Below the pieces are notes generated by a model that did no database searches, was not told where the DNA came from, and saw only the letters and a program-made list of their open reading frames with translations. DNA of 64,000 nt, taken from positions 4,712,001 to 4,776,000 of the forward strand of contig SMSO01000034.1 of assembly GCA_004764695.1 (NCBI GenBank), read 5' to 3'. Made by a program: the position numbers and the translations under genes. Below are positions 11,787-22,719 of this stretch, piece by piece (position 1 is the stretch's first letter; each line of letters starts with the position of its first letter). The DNA comes from Schizochytrium sp. TIO01. Lineage: Eukaryota; Protista; Bigyra: Labyrinthulomycetes.

Positions 11787-12008
11787 TTACAGAATAATCT
11801 TGCGTCCGCTGGGTTCAACATAAACCTCGTGATTATCACAAGGGCAGCAAACAACACAAGGACAACAAAGAAAGATTCCGAGAAGAGTTGTAATTATACC
11901 ACAGTAGCTTTCATTGCTGTAATATCCACCAGGAGCGCCGCCGCGCGAAGCTACGCGGGGGTCCACCATGACAGGCTGGGCCGCTTGAAGATCGCCCTTT
12001 CCATCCAT
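11787..12008 (-). CDS. Small Cys-rich membrane protein, paralog C (73 aa, intronless)
   Basis: MDGKGDLQAAQPVMVDPRVASRGGAPGGYYSNESYCGIITTLLGIFLCCPCVVCCPCDNHEVYVEPSGRKIIL; clearly similar to paralogs A and B. ATG at 12008. Confidence 0.9.
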   Translation of the reverse strand: MDGKGDLQAAQPVMVDPRVASRGGAPGGYYSNESYCGIITTLLGIFLCCPCVVCCPCDNHEVYVEPSGRKIIL

Positions 12009-15000
12009 TATCTTGATATGCGTGTCTTGGTTGTGAACTGTTCTCCACACTGATAGTTTGGGTTTTGCTTTCAAGACGAACGTGGTCGCCTCCTTCAGAC
12101 ATTTGTTATTGTACCTTTTTGCTTCTGGGATTTCTTCTCCTTAGTTACTCTAGTAGTAGAAGTTGGCTCAATATACTACTTTCCAGCTACATGGAAAGTC
12201 GTAAGATATTTATACGCCTGGTAGTAGTACCAACTTTCCAGCACGATTGAATATAGGTAGTCTTAATATATATAATATTACATTTATGTTTAAATTTATG
12301 TTAAAAAAATATATAAATTGGTTTGGGCTTTTGGGACTCGCTTCTTCTGTGATGACGGCAGGCCTTAACTTTATAAACTTCATTCCAAACGGCATGAAGT
12401 CAACCATCATGAGCACAATTGGCCTCCTGATTCCCACGCCCCTCTTGCCACCATCCCAATTGCTCTCTTGACACCGATTCCTCAGCACGAACGGATGGAA
12501 CTGTACCTTCGTGTCCTCTGACGCGAGAACGAAAAGACACTTTTAGCCCAAGATCTTTTATTAATTGAAAGAAAGTACTTATAGGGAGGTAGGTACACAC
12601 CGCAAGAGCCAGCTTGTTCATCGGCAGTGTCAAGTTCTATGTCATCTTCATGTTGCCGAGAAGTTCTCCTGTGGCGCTTCTTTGCAGAGTTTCAAGCAAG
12701 GCCCTTCCAAATCTAGACCTGGCGACTTGATAAGCTCTACTACGCTCCAGCGTACCTGAGATTTAGCCTGCTGACTCGACGTTCGTTTGGAGAGCTTTTC
12801 TGTTGAAGCTGTCAAAGAGGGATATTAGTATCAGCAAAGGGTTTGAACGCGGTTCCCGAAGAAAAGGTACCTACAAAGAAGGAAGGAAGCTGCCCACTCC
12901 TAGCAGTCATGCTCCTTGCTTATTAGGTAAGCGTACTATTCTTTTAACATGAAAAATTAACCATTAATTGTTATTCTGATGTCGGAGTTGCAAAGACAAC
13001 TTGCCAATAGGGCGCACGCATCTGCATACTCATGACGACGTTGATCAGATTCGAATGCTCTCCTAAAACATTGTCGATATCTCCACTGTCTAATCATTAT
13101 CTGAGTCACTGGAGAGGGAAGAGAGTGAGAAATTGCTTTGGCTTGAGTTTTCACCCTAGTTAATTAAAAAAGAATGAACTCAGTACAGATTGACAAGTGG
13201 AATGGCGTGCACTTTCGTCGAAAGTACCCCTAAAATAGAATTCCAGCTGCAATGCTCTCAACATGGAAGACTCTTTAAACTGCCAACTCCAATCAGGCGT
13301 ACGCATTCATGGAAGCACACGCCTCACTCATTTGTGAAGTTGTTCCGGTTGTTTTCATACAAGCCTCAAAATACTAGGTTCCTACTACGGCCAAGTTCTC
13401 AAATTTTGATTTAGTTTTTTATCGCCATTGTAGATTACTAAGTAGGCAGGTAAGCAAGCAAGTCTAAGAGTGCTCTAAGATTGAGCCTTGCTACTTACTA
13501 AGTAAAACATTAGCTCGTGCAAAAAAGAAAAAATGTTAAGTAGTAGGCCTACTAGGGACGAAAGTACTCACGTACATGAACTATATGGCCCAAAGAAGAA
13601 ATTGTTATAGGCCTAGCTTTTATGGGTGCTGCGAAGTGAGTCAAGATGTACTTTGTGGTACTTTCCCTCTTGAGTGCTAACGGCAGGTTCGTAGTTCGAC
13701 TAGCCCAGGACCCATTTTCTAGCATCGCTTGCTCAGTGTCGTGCTTTAAGTTGAGTTTACTGTACCAATTAAAGTGTTTAATAACCTGTCGTGATAAAGT
13801 GCATCTTAGATTAACTGTTTCAAAATTGCTACTCTCTAAGTGCATGGAGATGGCGCACGTACCATTCTTCATGGCGATTTTTCAAGCCCACATCAGATTA
13901 GGCGCGTGCACATTAGAAAAGAAAGTGAGTAGTGCTGGTACTATCTGGGTAGACGAAAGTGAATGCACATGCAGTTCCCTCTCTCGCAGGGTGCCAGCTA
14001 AAGTGAATTGTGCCAATTTAGAAGAAAGGTTCTGATTATCATGATCCCTGTTCGCCATGCATCATTGCTGTTCAATTGCATACGATGTGCATTCACTTGG
14101 GTTTTATAACGACTGATGGCTGGCTGTCTGTTGTGAATACTTAACCTCTAACCTGAGAAACATATAGAAACTAGGTATACCTACCTGCTACTATAACTAG
14201 GAACTTTATATGTTGTATAATCAGATAATACGTGCCCCACCGCCGTTCTAAGTTTTTTTATAATCTCGAATCTTGATTTGTTAAAGTTAGCGCTTTGCCA
14301 GCTGAGATCCTTTACTGGTGGCTGAGTTCTTCCAATTCGAAAGAGGGTAGAGACCTACTCTAGCCGAGGCAAACTACTAGTATTGGATAAAATGTGATAA
14401 AGTTTTGAGTCGCTGCCGTTCGTGCATTTAGACAGCCTATGCAAGCAGTATGTGTTGCCCAGTCCGAGTTTTCCAGTTGTTACGTATCTCCTTATTCTCA
14501 TTGATCACATTTTATTAACATATCCTGTCTTTTGAAGATACATCATTTCTTTCTAATCCATCATGAGATGTCGATTTCTATTCGTCAGTGCACGACTGAA
14601 ATTCTAGTTTTTAGTCAAGTATGGCTTGCAGTTTGCAAATGACGATCAGTCGTTATGAAAACAGCGAGCACAAAAATACGTGCCAAATCTCTCCCTTTAT
14701 ATATTCGGAATTTGGCCCCTCCTCCGAGATTTGCTGTTCCCGGTACGTTGTACGAGAATAAGGAGTAATAAGAGGAGCAAGCCTTCTCTAGCCAGAGGCT
14801 TCTTTCTCCTCAGGCTGGTAATCCTATTTTTGGGGGCAAAGAGTCAAGTCAAAAAACGTCCTTCCCGCTGAGAAACTCTCACTGGTCAGACGTAATGAAT
14901 GAGTATTTAGTCTTGAGCAAGTTGCCTAGTTGTTGCAACAAGCTTATTTCTTTCACATGATCGCAATCCTATATTTCTCTCTGCGCTGCGTTTACTATTG

Positions 15001-16762
15001 CTTTTAGTTGACACTTCAATTCTTGTGAGATAACAAACACAACGAAACTGTGAGAAAAGTAACGAGCGAGAAATTTAAGCGTTGCAGACTGGCATTTCAA
15101 AGATTTAGGTTTGATTTTTAAATCAACAACATCTGAGCCATATTTTCTTGTTCCATGTGACTTTCTCCGATTACTTACGGATAAGCAAATTTCAAGCCTG
15201 AATCATGATTCGCGCTGTGTGCGTTGCTAAGGCAACTTGTTGTTGTAAAAAACGCGAACGCCAAATGAACATTTTTTTTTTTTTCGGACGAGATAGTCTT
15301 TTTTACAACACGTCTGTAGATATGAAGGACTTGCTAGCCTAAGCAGAATCAGAATACTTTACCATCCTACTCAGGGATCTTTGCGGATATACGTAAACAA
15401 GATAGAGAAAGTCCAACATATTCGTGGAGAATGCTGATTGAGACAGAGATTTAGCATGTGTGATTAAACCAGACCACCTTCGCGAAAGGGCTTGGGCATA
15501 CATCATTTCTTCTGACCGAGGTCTCAATCATTCTTATGTAACTGAGAGTAATGGACCCCTTTAATCCTGTACTCTCTCACAGCCCTGATAAGGTATCTGC
15601 GTAACCGCTCATACAAACCTGATCTCCAGGTCAGAGCTGCCTGGCTTCTTCATGCTCGGGTTCAAAGTAGGCTGAGTGCACGCTGTTCGGAGGTTCACTG
15701 CATCATTTCTTGGACCAGATCATCAAGGCAGGATGGCATATTGCGAAACACTTTGAGTTTGAGCTGAGGGAAATTGAGTGTTTAGAATATCGAGATGTGC
15801 CGTGAAACATATTTAGACTAGTAAGGCTCCACAAAGGAAACGCGGATAATGGCACGAAGTCACAGAGCCTCCTCTGAGTCTCGCCAAACTGTCATGAAGT
15901 GGCTCCTTGTCCATACTTGTGTTGGTCTGTATGTCAATACACTCAAATTATACCATAAAGCATCAACGCGCAGCGTCGTGGAGGAGTCAGCGGTTCAGTC
16001 CTCCCAAGCCTCAAGATAAGGTTTCTAGTAATATAGGGAGCACACCAAAGGATATTTGCCACTTGTATCCCAGGCTATGACCGCTCCGTGGAAACCATCA
16101 GGAACGCCCGAGTTACGGTCCGACGGATCAATCTCTGAATGCGCTTGGTGATCCTTACATACCACTAGGGGTGTAGTGTGTCTCAACGCTCACCACTTCT
16201 ATCAAAAGAGGAGGGATACTTGAAGTAGAGTTAAAGTCCTATCCCAAATTACCCCGTCTAATGCAGCAGCTACCTAGCTAGCTAGTGTGCAGCTCGATCT
16301 TTGAAGAGCGAGCTTGCGACATTGTTCTGCCTGGCGAAACCTGGAGGCAGCAAGCGCCCATAGAGCAGAATTGGCAGTAGGCAGTGTACTTCGAGCCAAG
16401 AGCGACATACAGGAGGTATGCAGGACTCGGGCTGATTTGTGGATGGTTGCAAAGCTGTAAAAGTAGAGGTCGACCTCGTTTTCTAAAATTCTCAGAGGTT
16501 AAAAAGAAGAAGAAAAGAACGAGAGTGTCGAGTTGACTACCAGTATATATTGTATGAAGTATTATTACGAGATAGTCCAAGGTGCTATGAAAAGAAGAAG
16601 AAGAAAAATGATCCTTTTAGTGACTAGGGGGTGCTATAGATATGCTTAAGGTTCATAGCCACGTCCAAAGTTTGCATCATGTCAAAGATACACTGAAAGT
16701 TACATACTTCTAAATCAATCGACTTCAAGCAAAGCTTTGCCGAAATTGAAGCTTTCTAAATC

Positions 16763-17938
16763 ATGCAGGCCACCAGGATCGCGAGCAGAGCAGGAACTCT
16801 AACATACAAATCTAATCTGGTCTGTGCAGCTCAGCAGCAGAACCACTGGGTACGTACAGCTAGTAAGTTTGTGGCAAGGAGATCAGCAGGCACAATGGCA
16901 GCTCGACTGGCGGACAACGTGCCGGACAAGATGACCGCAGTCCTGCTTGATAAGCCTGTGGAAAACGCCGAAGACCTCGGCAAATTTGTGAGAGATGACA
17001 TTGATGTACCAGGAAAGTCTAAACCTCTCGGACCTCGCGAGGTGCTCGTTCGCAACAAGTACTGTGGCGTAAACTTCATTGATACCTACTTTCGCTCAGG
17101 GCTGTACCCCAAGCCTTTGCCCACTGGACTTGGCCAGGAGGGCGCTGGGGAGGTGGTTGGCAAAGGAGAAGAGGTCACGGATGATATGTGCCGTATCGGA
17201 GATACCGTGGTTTATATGGGTCACCCCACCTATGCTGAATACGCGGCGGCAAACATTAATACGGTCAGTGCAGTGCCCGAAGATGTGCCTCTTGAGGATT
17301 TGCTCACCTTGAGCATCCAAGGACTGACTGCACACTATCTTGCAATGGACACCTACCCGTTGGGTAAGGGAAAGACCTGTTTAATTCACGCTGCCGCGGG
17401 TGGCACGGGCCAGCTGCTTGTCCAAATTGCCAAGCTGCTCGGCGCCGAGACTGTAATTGGTACATGTAGCAAGGCCAAGGTGGATATTGCCAAGAACGCC
17501 GGATGCGACCTTGTGCTTCCTTACGATGAACTTGACCACGAAGAGATGATTAAACGTGTCAAGGAGGCTACCGGAGGTGAGGGAGTTCACGTTGTCTACG
17601 ATGGCGTTGGTAAGTCGACCTACCAGATGTCTATGAAGTGTATTCGCAGCCGCGGTATGCTTGTCATCTTCGGAAACTCCAGCGGTACTACCCCGCCCAT
17701 TGATCCTCTAGACCTTACCTCCAACGGGTGCATCTTTTTGACCCGCCCCAGCCTGTATGGATACATTAAGACTCACGAGGACTACCAACGAGGCATGAGC
17801 GACCTTGTTAACTGGTACAAAGAAGGCAAGCTCAAGGTCAACGTACAGAAGGTCTTCCCTTTTAAGGAAGCTGGGCAAGCCCACAAGTTTATCGAGTCTG
17901 GTAAAACTACTGGAAAGCTGCTGCTCGCATTTGATTAA
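16763..17938 (+). CDS. NADPH:quinone oxidoreductase (zeta-crystallin/Qor, MDR superfamily) with probable mitochondrial presequence
   Basis: GVNFIDTYFRSGLY, GQEGAGEV, QGLTAHYL, IHAAAGGTG, VYDGVGK, FGNSSG, LTRPSL, TTGKLLL. The N-terminal ~50 aa are Arg/Ser/Ala-rich with no acidic residues. Confidence 0.93.
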   Translation: MQATRIASRAGTLTYKSNLVCAAQQQNHWVRTASKFVARRSAGTMAARLADNVPDKMTAVLLDKPVENAEDLGKFVRDDIDVPGKSKPLGPREVLVRNKYCGVNFIDTYFRSGLYPKPLPTGLGQEGAGEVVGKGEEVTDDMCRIGDTVVYMGHPTYAEYAAANINTVSAVPEDVPLEDLLTLSIQGLTAHYLAMDTYPLGKGKTCLIHAAAGGTGQLLVQIAKLLGAETVIGTCSKAKVDIAKNAGCDLVLPYDELDHEEMIKRVKEATGGEGVHVVYDGVGKSTYQMSMKCIRSRGMLVIFGNSSGTTPPIDPLDLTSNGCIFLTRPSLYGYIKTHEDYQRGMSDLVNWYKEGKLKVNVQKVFPFKEAGQAHKFIESGKTTGKLLLAFD

Positions 17939-18232
17939 GATCAAGGTCAACCAGGGCTTTGCTCTGTTGCGGTAATCGAAGACATCAGCAAGCCCTGTTT
18001 GCCTTAAATTCTTATAAAAATAAGTTTCCATGCCTTTAGTGTGATCAAGAAGTGTCTCCTTGAGGATTCTTACTCTACAGGGGCAATAAAACAATTTTGA
18101 CAGCTCTCTTTTTCAGAAAATTCACTTGCTTTTCGCGTACCAAATCAGCATGACTATACAAAAATTAGATGGCAATAATACTTCGAGCTAGGGTAAGTTA
18201 GACAACGTTATTGATTCATGTATGGACATCGC

Positions 18233-18547
18233 TTAAAGAAGTGTCCGTGTTCCATTTTGATCAATAAATACCATTCGCTGATCACATGGGCAGCAGCAAA
18301 CAAATGGGCATATAAACAAAGCAAACAGGCATGTGATTGGCCCACAATAGTTTTCTTTGATGATAACGCCAGCAACTTGGCCATTTTGAGGACAATCGTG
18401 ATATTGGACGCCAGCTACTTGAGGCGAACTTGCAACATTATTTGGGTCTATGTATGCAGTAGGTCGCCCAATCAGAACATTCTCTACTGGAACCGCATCA
18501 ATTACTTGCACATTGTCATTCGCCTCGTTAGGATGAATGGCCTTCAT
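18233..18547 (-). CDS. Small Cys-rich membrane protein, divergent paralog D (104 aa, intronless)
   Basis: ENYCGPITCLFALFICPFVCCCPCDQRMVFIDQNG matches the family core ExYCG-hydrophobic-CCPCD-x-VY/F. Confidence 0.82.
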   Translation of the reverse strand: MKAIHPNEANDNVQVIDAVPVENVLIGRPTAYIDPNNVASSPQVAGVQYHDCPQNGQVAGVIIKENYCGPITCLFALFICPFVCCCPCDQRMVFIDQNGTRTLL

Positions 18548-18732
18548 GAGGAGCGAGCGTACAAATATCTATTGAGCTTTGTGGCTGCAAGACGATCAAA
18601 TATGCATACCCGCTTCACCAAAATCTATGGAAAAACTGAATAAAGTCTGGGTTTAAAAACTATTTTGAAATAATCAAAGCCAGCACGATGGCGAGATATC
18701 CAGCAGGAGTGTATTGATTTCGTTCTAAATCC

Positions 18733-18832
18733 AAGTTGTACTGCCTAGACCTCAATAAAATTGTACTGTCTAGACCTCAATAGAGTTGTACTGCCTAAAC
18801 CCCAATAGAATTGCACAGGCTAGACATCAGTA
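18733..18832. repeat. 25-bp minisatellite, 4 degenerate copies
   Basis: aagttgtactgcctagacctcaata / aaattgtactgtctagacctcaata / gagttgtactgcctaaaccccaata / gaattgcacaggctagacatcagta. Confidence 0.88.
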
Positions 18833-20203
18833 GTTGTCGAGGCCCCGGCAGGATTGTAAGTTTGATCCGTACTGCTGCTCGAGGTTTGAAAGTATTTTGC
18901 CGACTGTTTAAATTTTCCAGCTAATAGATTCTTTGATTCTAGAGCTCCATTATAACCTACCTTTTATACTGCCTTCGTCTGGCTTGATTGACCTAGGGAC
19001 GCAAAGATGTTTAAGAATGTCTTTCCCTGTAACTCAAGATCTATTATAATAGTAAAAGCAAGCCTACTAGCGGATCCAGCTTTCCATCTACCTTCTTCCA
19101 ATTTGCTGCTACTCAAATAGGTCAACGTTTTGTTCCTACACTCCGCAGCTGAGTTCGTCTTTAATATTTAAACAATCTCACGCTGAAAGTACGTACTTGT
19201 CCGTGAACGCCTTGGCTAATTGTAGTATTATTCTGTATTTGCAATAGGTATCATGACTTAAGTTTTTGTCAAAAATTTACCGCAGGCTAAAAACTTTTCA
19301 AGGACGTTCACCTCACCCACACATCTTGCTACCCCTAGTTTCCATGTTCTGGTATGTAACGGATTTTTGCTGGATCATTTTTTTAAAAAAGGTACAACGA
19401 AACCTACCGTGTGTAGATACGAAAGAATCACCACCTTGTACACAACGGACATATATATATAGTACAATTGTAGCTGTCTTTTCTTATCTAGTTCTAGGTC
19501 TATAAGTCCAGATCGCTTTGCGGCATCCACTTTATGCAGGCCTTGGCATTCTTTAGTATATACCGATCTCTACCATGAGAACCCAAGCCAAAAGAGGTTG
19601 ATAAGGACTGAAGTGTGAGGCATCTCGCTCTGAGATAGAACTAGTATTCTAGGAATGCATAAAAGGAACGCAAACGATACACAAAATTTAAAACTGTAAG
19701 GTTTAGTCGCCCTTTTGTAAATCACCCACCGTTGTTTTCGTGTTTCTATTTGAGAAGAATAGACGTCTTTGGCGATGAATATTGCATAGCGGAAAAAAGA
19801 TTGGAAGGAAACATTTTTTGAGTTCTTTGTATTAGGTTTGTCAATGTTGCTCTTGCATATTCCTATCGGTTAGGTTGGAGGAGCGAAAACATCCAATCAG
19901 GGGAAAACATTATGCCGATAACGAGGATAAAAAAGGACGTAAAAGAAACACACCAGGACCAAATACATTTGGCTAACCAATCTATTCCATGCGAAGCCTT
20001 TTATGTTGCACCCACAGCTAGAGGAGTCAAATCATTCGTAAAGGCTAAAGTCCATGCTACGATAGACGAGCTACAGCGATCTAACTTAAATAGTAATATT
20101 CTGTTAAGAGTCATAAATTGTGTTTGGTTGTTCCAACTACAGAGCAACAAAAAGAGCTAGAATGCCTATGATCTAATTTGTACAAATAAATTCTCGAGAT
20201 ATT

Positions 20204-20650
20204 TCAAAAAGACAATGGGATTGCTTCTGTGAGCATTGTTTCAAAATCACTAGAAGAATATACAAGCTTTTCACGTGCATGCCGAATGAAATCCACAAGA
20301 TCATTCGTACTTACTGGACCAACAATAGCTTTGGATTCTCTATACCCTTGCCGCAAAACTCTTACAGGTTTGCCTTTGCAAAGAAGGAGAGTAGTTGGGA
20401 AAGCGCAAGCGCCAAGCTCTTGTAGGAGTTGCTGATCACATTCTAAGAAATCATCCTCCAATATTGTTGTGACTTGTGTCAATTGTGCCTCTTCTTGAAC
20501 TTGTCGCAGCTGGTTTTGTAAGAAGATGCAAACCGGGTCGTTGCGTTCAAGCAAGCAAACCATTTCGATTGGGTTATCCTCTCCTCCGTCAGCAGAGTTC
20601 TTTCCACTCAAGCGCATTGCTGCCCACGTAGAAAGGTCGCACTCCCTCAT
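20204..20650 (-). CDS. Putative thioredoxin-fold protein lacking a canonical CxxC
   Basis: ATG-started 148-aa ORF; beta-strand then DPVC-helix; cis-Pro-like LGACAFPTTLLLCKGK; ends in VGPVSTNDLVDFI. Confidence 0.5.
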   Translation of the reverse strand: MRECDLSTWAAMRLSGKNSADGGEDNPIEMVCLLERNDPVCIFLQNQLRQVQEEAQLTQVTTILEDDFLECDQQLLQELGACAFPTTLLLCKGKPVRVLRQGYRESKAIVGPVSTNDLVDFIRHAREKLVYSSSDFETMLTEAIPLSF

Positions 20651-22326
20651 TTGTCTACAATGTAGCTTTGCTCCTCCAAACCTCTTGGGTCGTTTGTACG
20701 CTGCAGTATACTTACTATTTCGCGGGATATCCTAAGGGCGACTCAGATCTAACGACTGCCTAGCGTCTGGAAACTTTTCCACTCTGTGCAAGCAAAACCT
20801 CATGCCACAAAGTTTGCTATCCCGTTTTAATCGCTTCAGGTCGACGTTTGTGCGGTACAAGAGTCCTCTCAAGGACTACTATGACTTAATTTAACATATC
20901 TGTTTAGTAACAAATCGTAGATTGAACAATAACCTTGTTGACAGTTTCGAGTCTGTACTACCGCGTTCCTCAGCTCATGATGGGGTTTGCACCTATGAAA
21001 GGGCTAGCCTGAGTGGCCGAACCAACGGACCTTTTCTTCTTAGCATTCACACTGTGAATCCCCTTGTCAGGTACACACAACCATTCTTCCCCCCCCTGCA
21101 ACCCCCTTGAGGCCAGCCGCTTACTAAAAGTATCCATCAAGTTAATGAACCAATGAGCTTTAAATTGTTGCTTGCTTCCAAGCTCTCCATGCCTCTATAC
21201 ACACATACTTCCGCCACCACAAGATGCAGTCTTTCACAATACGCGCTATCAACCCTACACCTATACTCATTTCCACTCAAGTGCTACGTTATACTGCTCA
21301 GATGAACTCTGCTCCAATCGTGTTTGTGCCACAATTCCTGCAAGTTCTCCTTCCGTAACGGTCACATGTGCACCCGAGAACGTGCCCTTCGTTCTCGTTC
21401 CCCGTTGGTTCCCTCTTAGTTCTTCCCCTCCTTCGTTTCCATCAATCTCGCTGTCTCCTGAGCTCCTTTGGGCCGCCTCCAGGCGCGCCTTACGCCTCTC
21501 CGGCGCGAGAGGCTGGCTGCCTGGCGAGACGCATGCAAGCTCGCCTCGGCCCTCGCCAGCGACGCACGAGCGCCCAGCTGGAGCCTTTGTGCACCGCACC
21601 ATTCGAAAAGCAGTTTGCGGTGAGCGAGTGGGGATCGGTTTCTTGAGCTGGGGGCGGCGCGCGACTCGGTCTGCCGCAAGTGAGTTATACGCCCATCGCA
21701 AGTGGTTTATAGCCGCGCTCCCAAGTGAAGTATACAGTTTACTTCACTTGTAGACGGCCTCCTCTGCAGTAGGGTATGCGGCGCTCATTAAAGTACGCAT
21801 GGGCATTAAAATACGCTAGGGCAGGGCTACCCGAAACCATAGAAGGGCGATTTTGGACAAGCGGGCCGGATTTAGTTCGAATGTGGTCTTCGAACATTTC
21901 TGAGCGAGCGAAAGCCCTGTGGAAATAGATAGATAGACCTTGTCGAGTGAAGAAGACGCGGGTCTCGAGGTCGGCTCTGCGCAGACTGGGAGGCATCAAG
22001 AGGCTTTCGAGCGAGGACCGTGTCCCCTTTTGCGGCTGATTGCGCACGAATTGAGTTGTTTGTGCTTCATTGATTAAATCAATGAAAACTTGGAATGTAA
22101 AACAATGTAAAACCACGTGAAAATCTAAATGGCCAAATAAACAGAAAACCAGGTTGAACGACCTCCGTCCGGAATTTCCAAACGAACAAGTCCACGGGGC
22201 GATGGCTGAGACCAAAGGGTTGCCTGCATTTGCATTTGCAGGAGGACACGGAAGGCAGCGTGGTCTGCGATCTCAATACGTGGAGGAGCGCAGGTACTCC
22301 AGATTGATTGATCACAAGCTCTTGAT

Positions 22327-22362
22327 AATGAATGAATGAATGAATGAATGAATGAATGAATG
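22327..22362. repeat. (AATG)9 microsatellite
   Basis: Read directly from the sequence. Confidence 0.95.
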
Positions 22363-22719
22363 GATGATCAGCGGGGAGGCTTAGGGTTAAGGGTATGTGG
22401 AGGCTAGCGGTGAAGACAAGGAAAAGAAATTGTAACTAAAAATTTCTTTCGATATTTGATTGATGAAAGAAAATATTGAGTGATTGATCGAAGAAGCGAT
22501 CAAATCGATCGTCGATTAGGCAATCAGATCAGAAAAGGACTGAGAAGAACTTCGGCTCTGGTGCGAGGAGGTCTGTGGCTCGGGCCAGCAGGCGTCAAGG
22601 AAGATCGGCAGAAAGCAGCTTCAGAAGGCACGTCTAGCTAGGTAGCTAGCTAGCGTCGTCGGCTCCGGCCGTGGGTCATTGGAGGTAGACTAGATTGATT
22701 TCGCTCTCGCTCGGCTATC

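Noticed and set aside
15340-15710. Possible minus-strand box C/D snoRNAs (ATGATG...CTGA pairs)
   Set aside because: Imperfect C boxes, no terminal stems and no rRNA complementarity that I could recognise.
21172-22215. ORFs of 193, 144 and 158 aa upstream of the MYND gene
   Set aside because: Non-ATG starts, overlapping on both strands, no domains; more likely a GC-rich promoter or 5'-UTR region.
22381-22393. TTAGGG telomere-like word
   Set aside because: Only one perfect unit; not an array.
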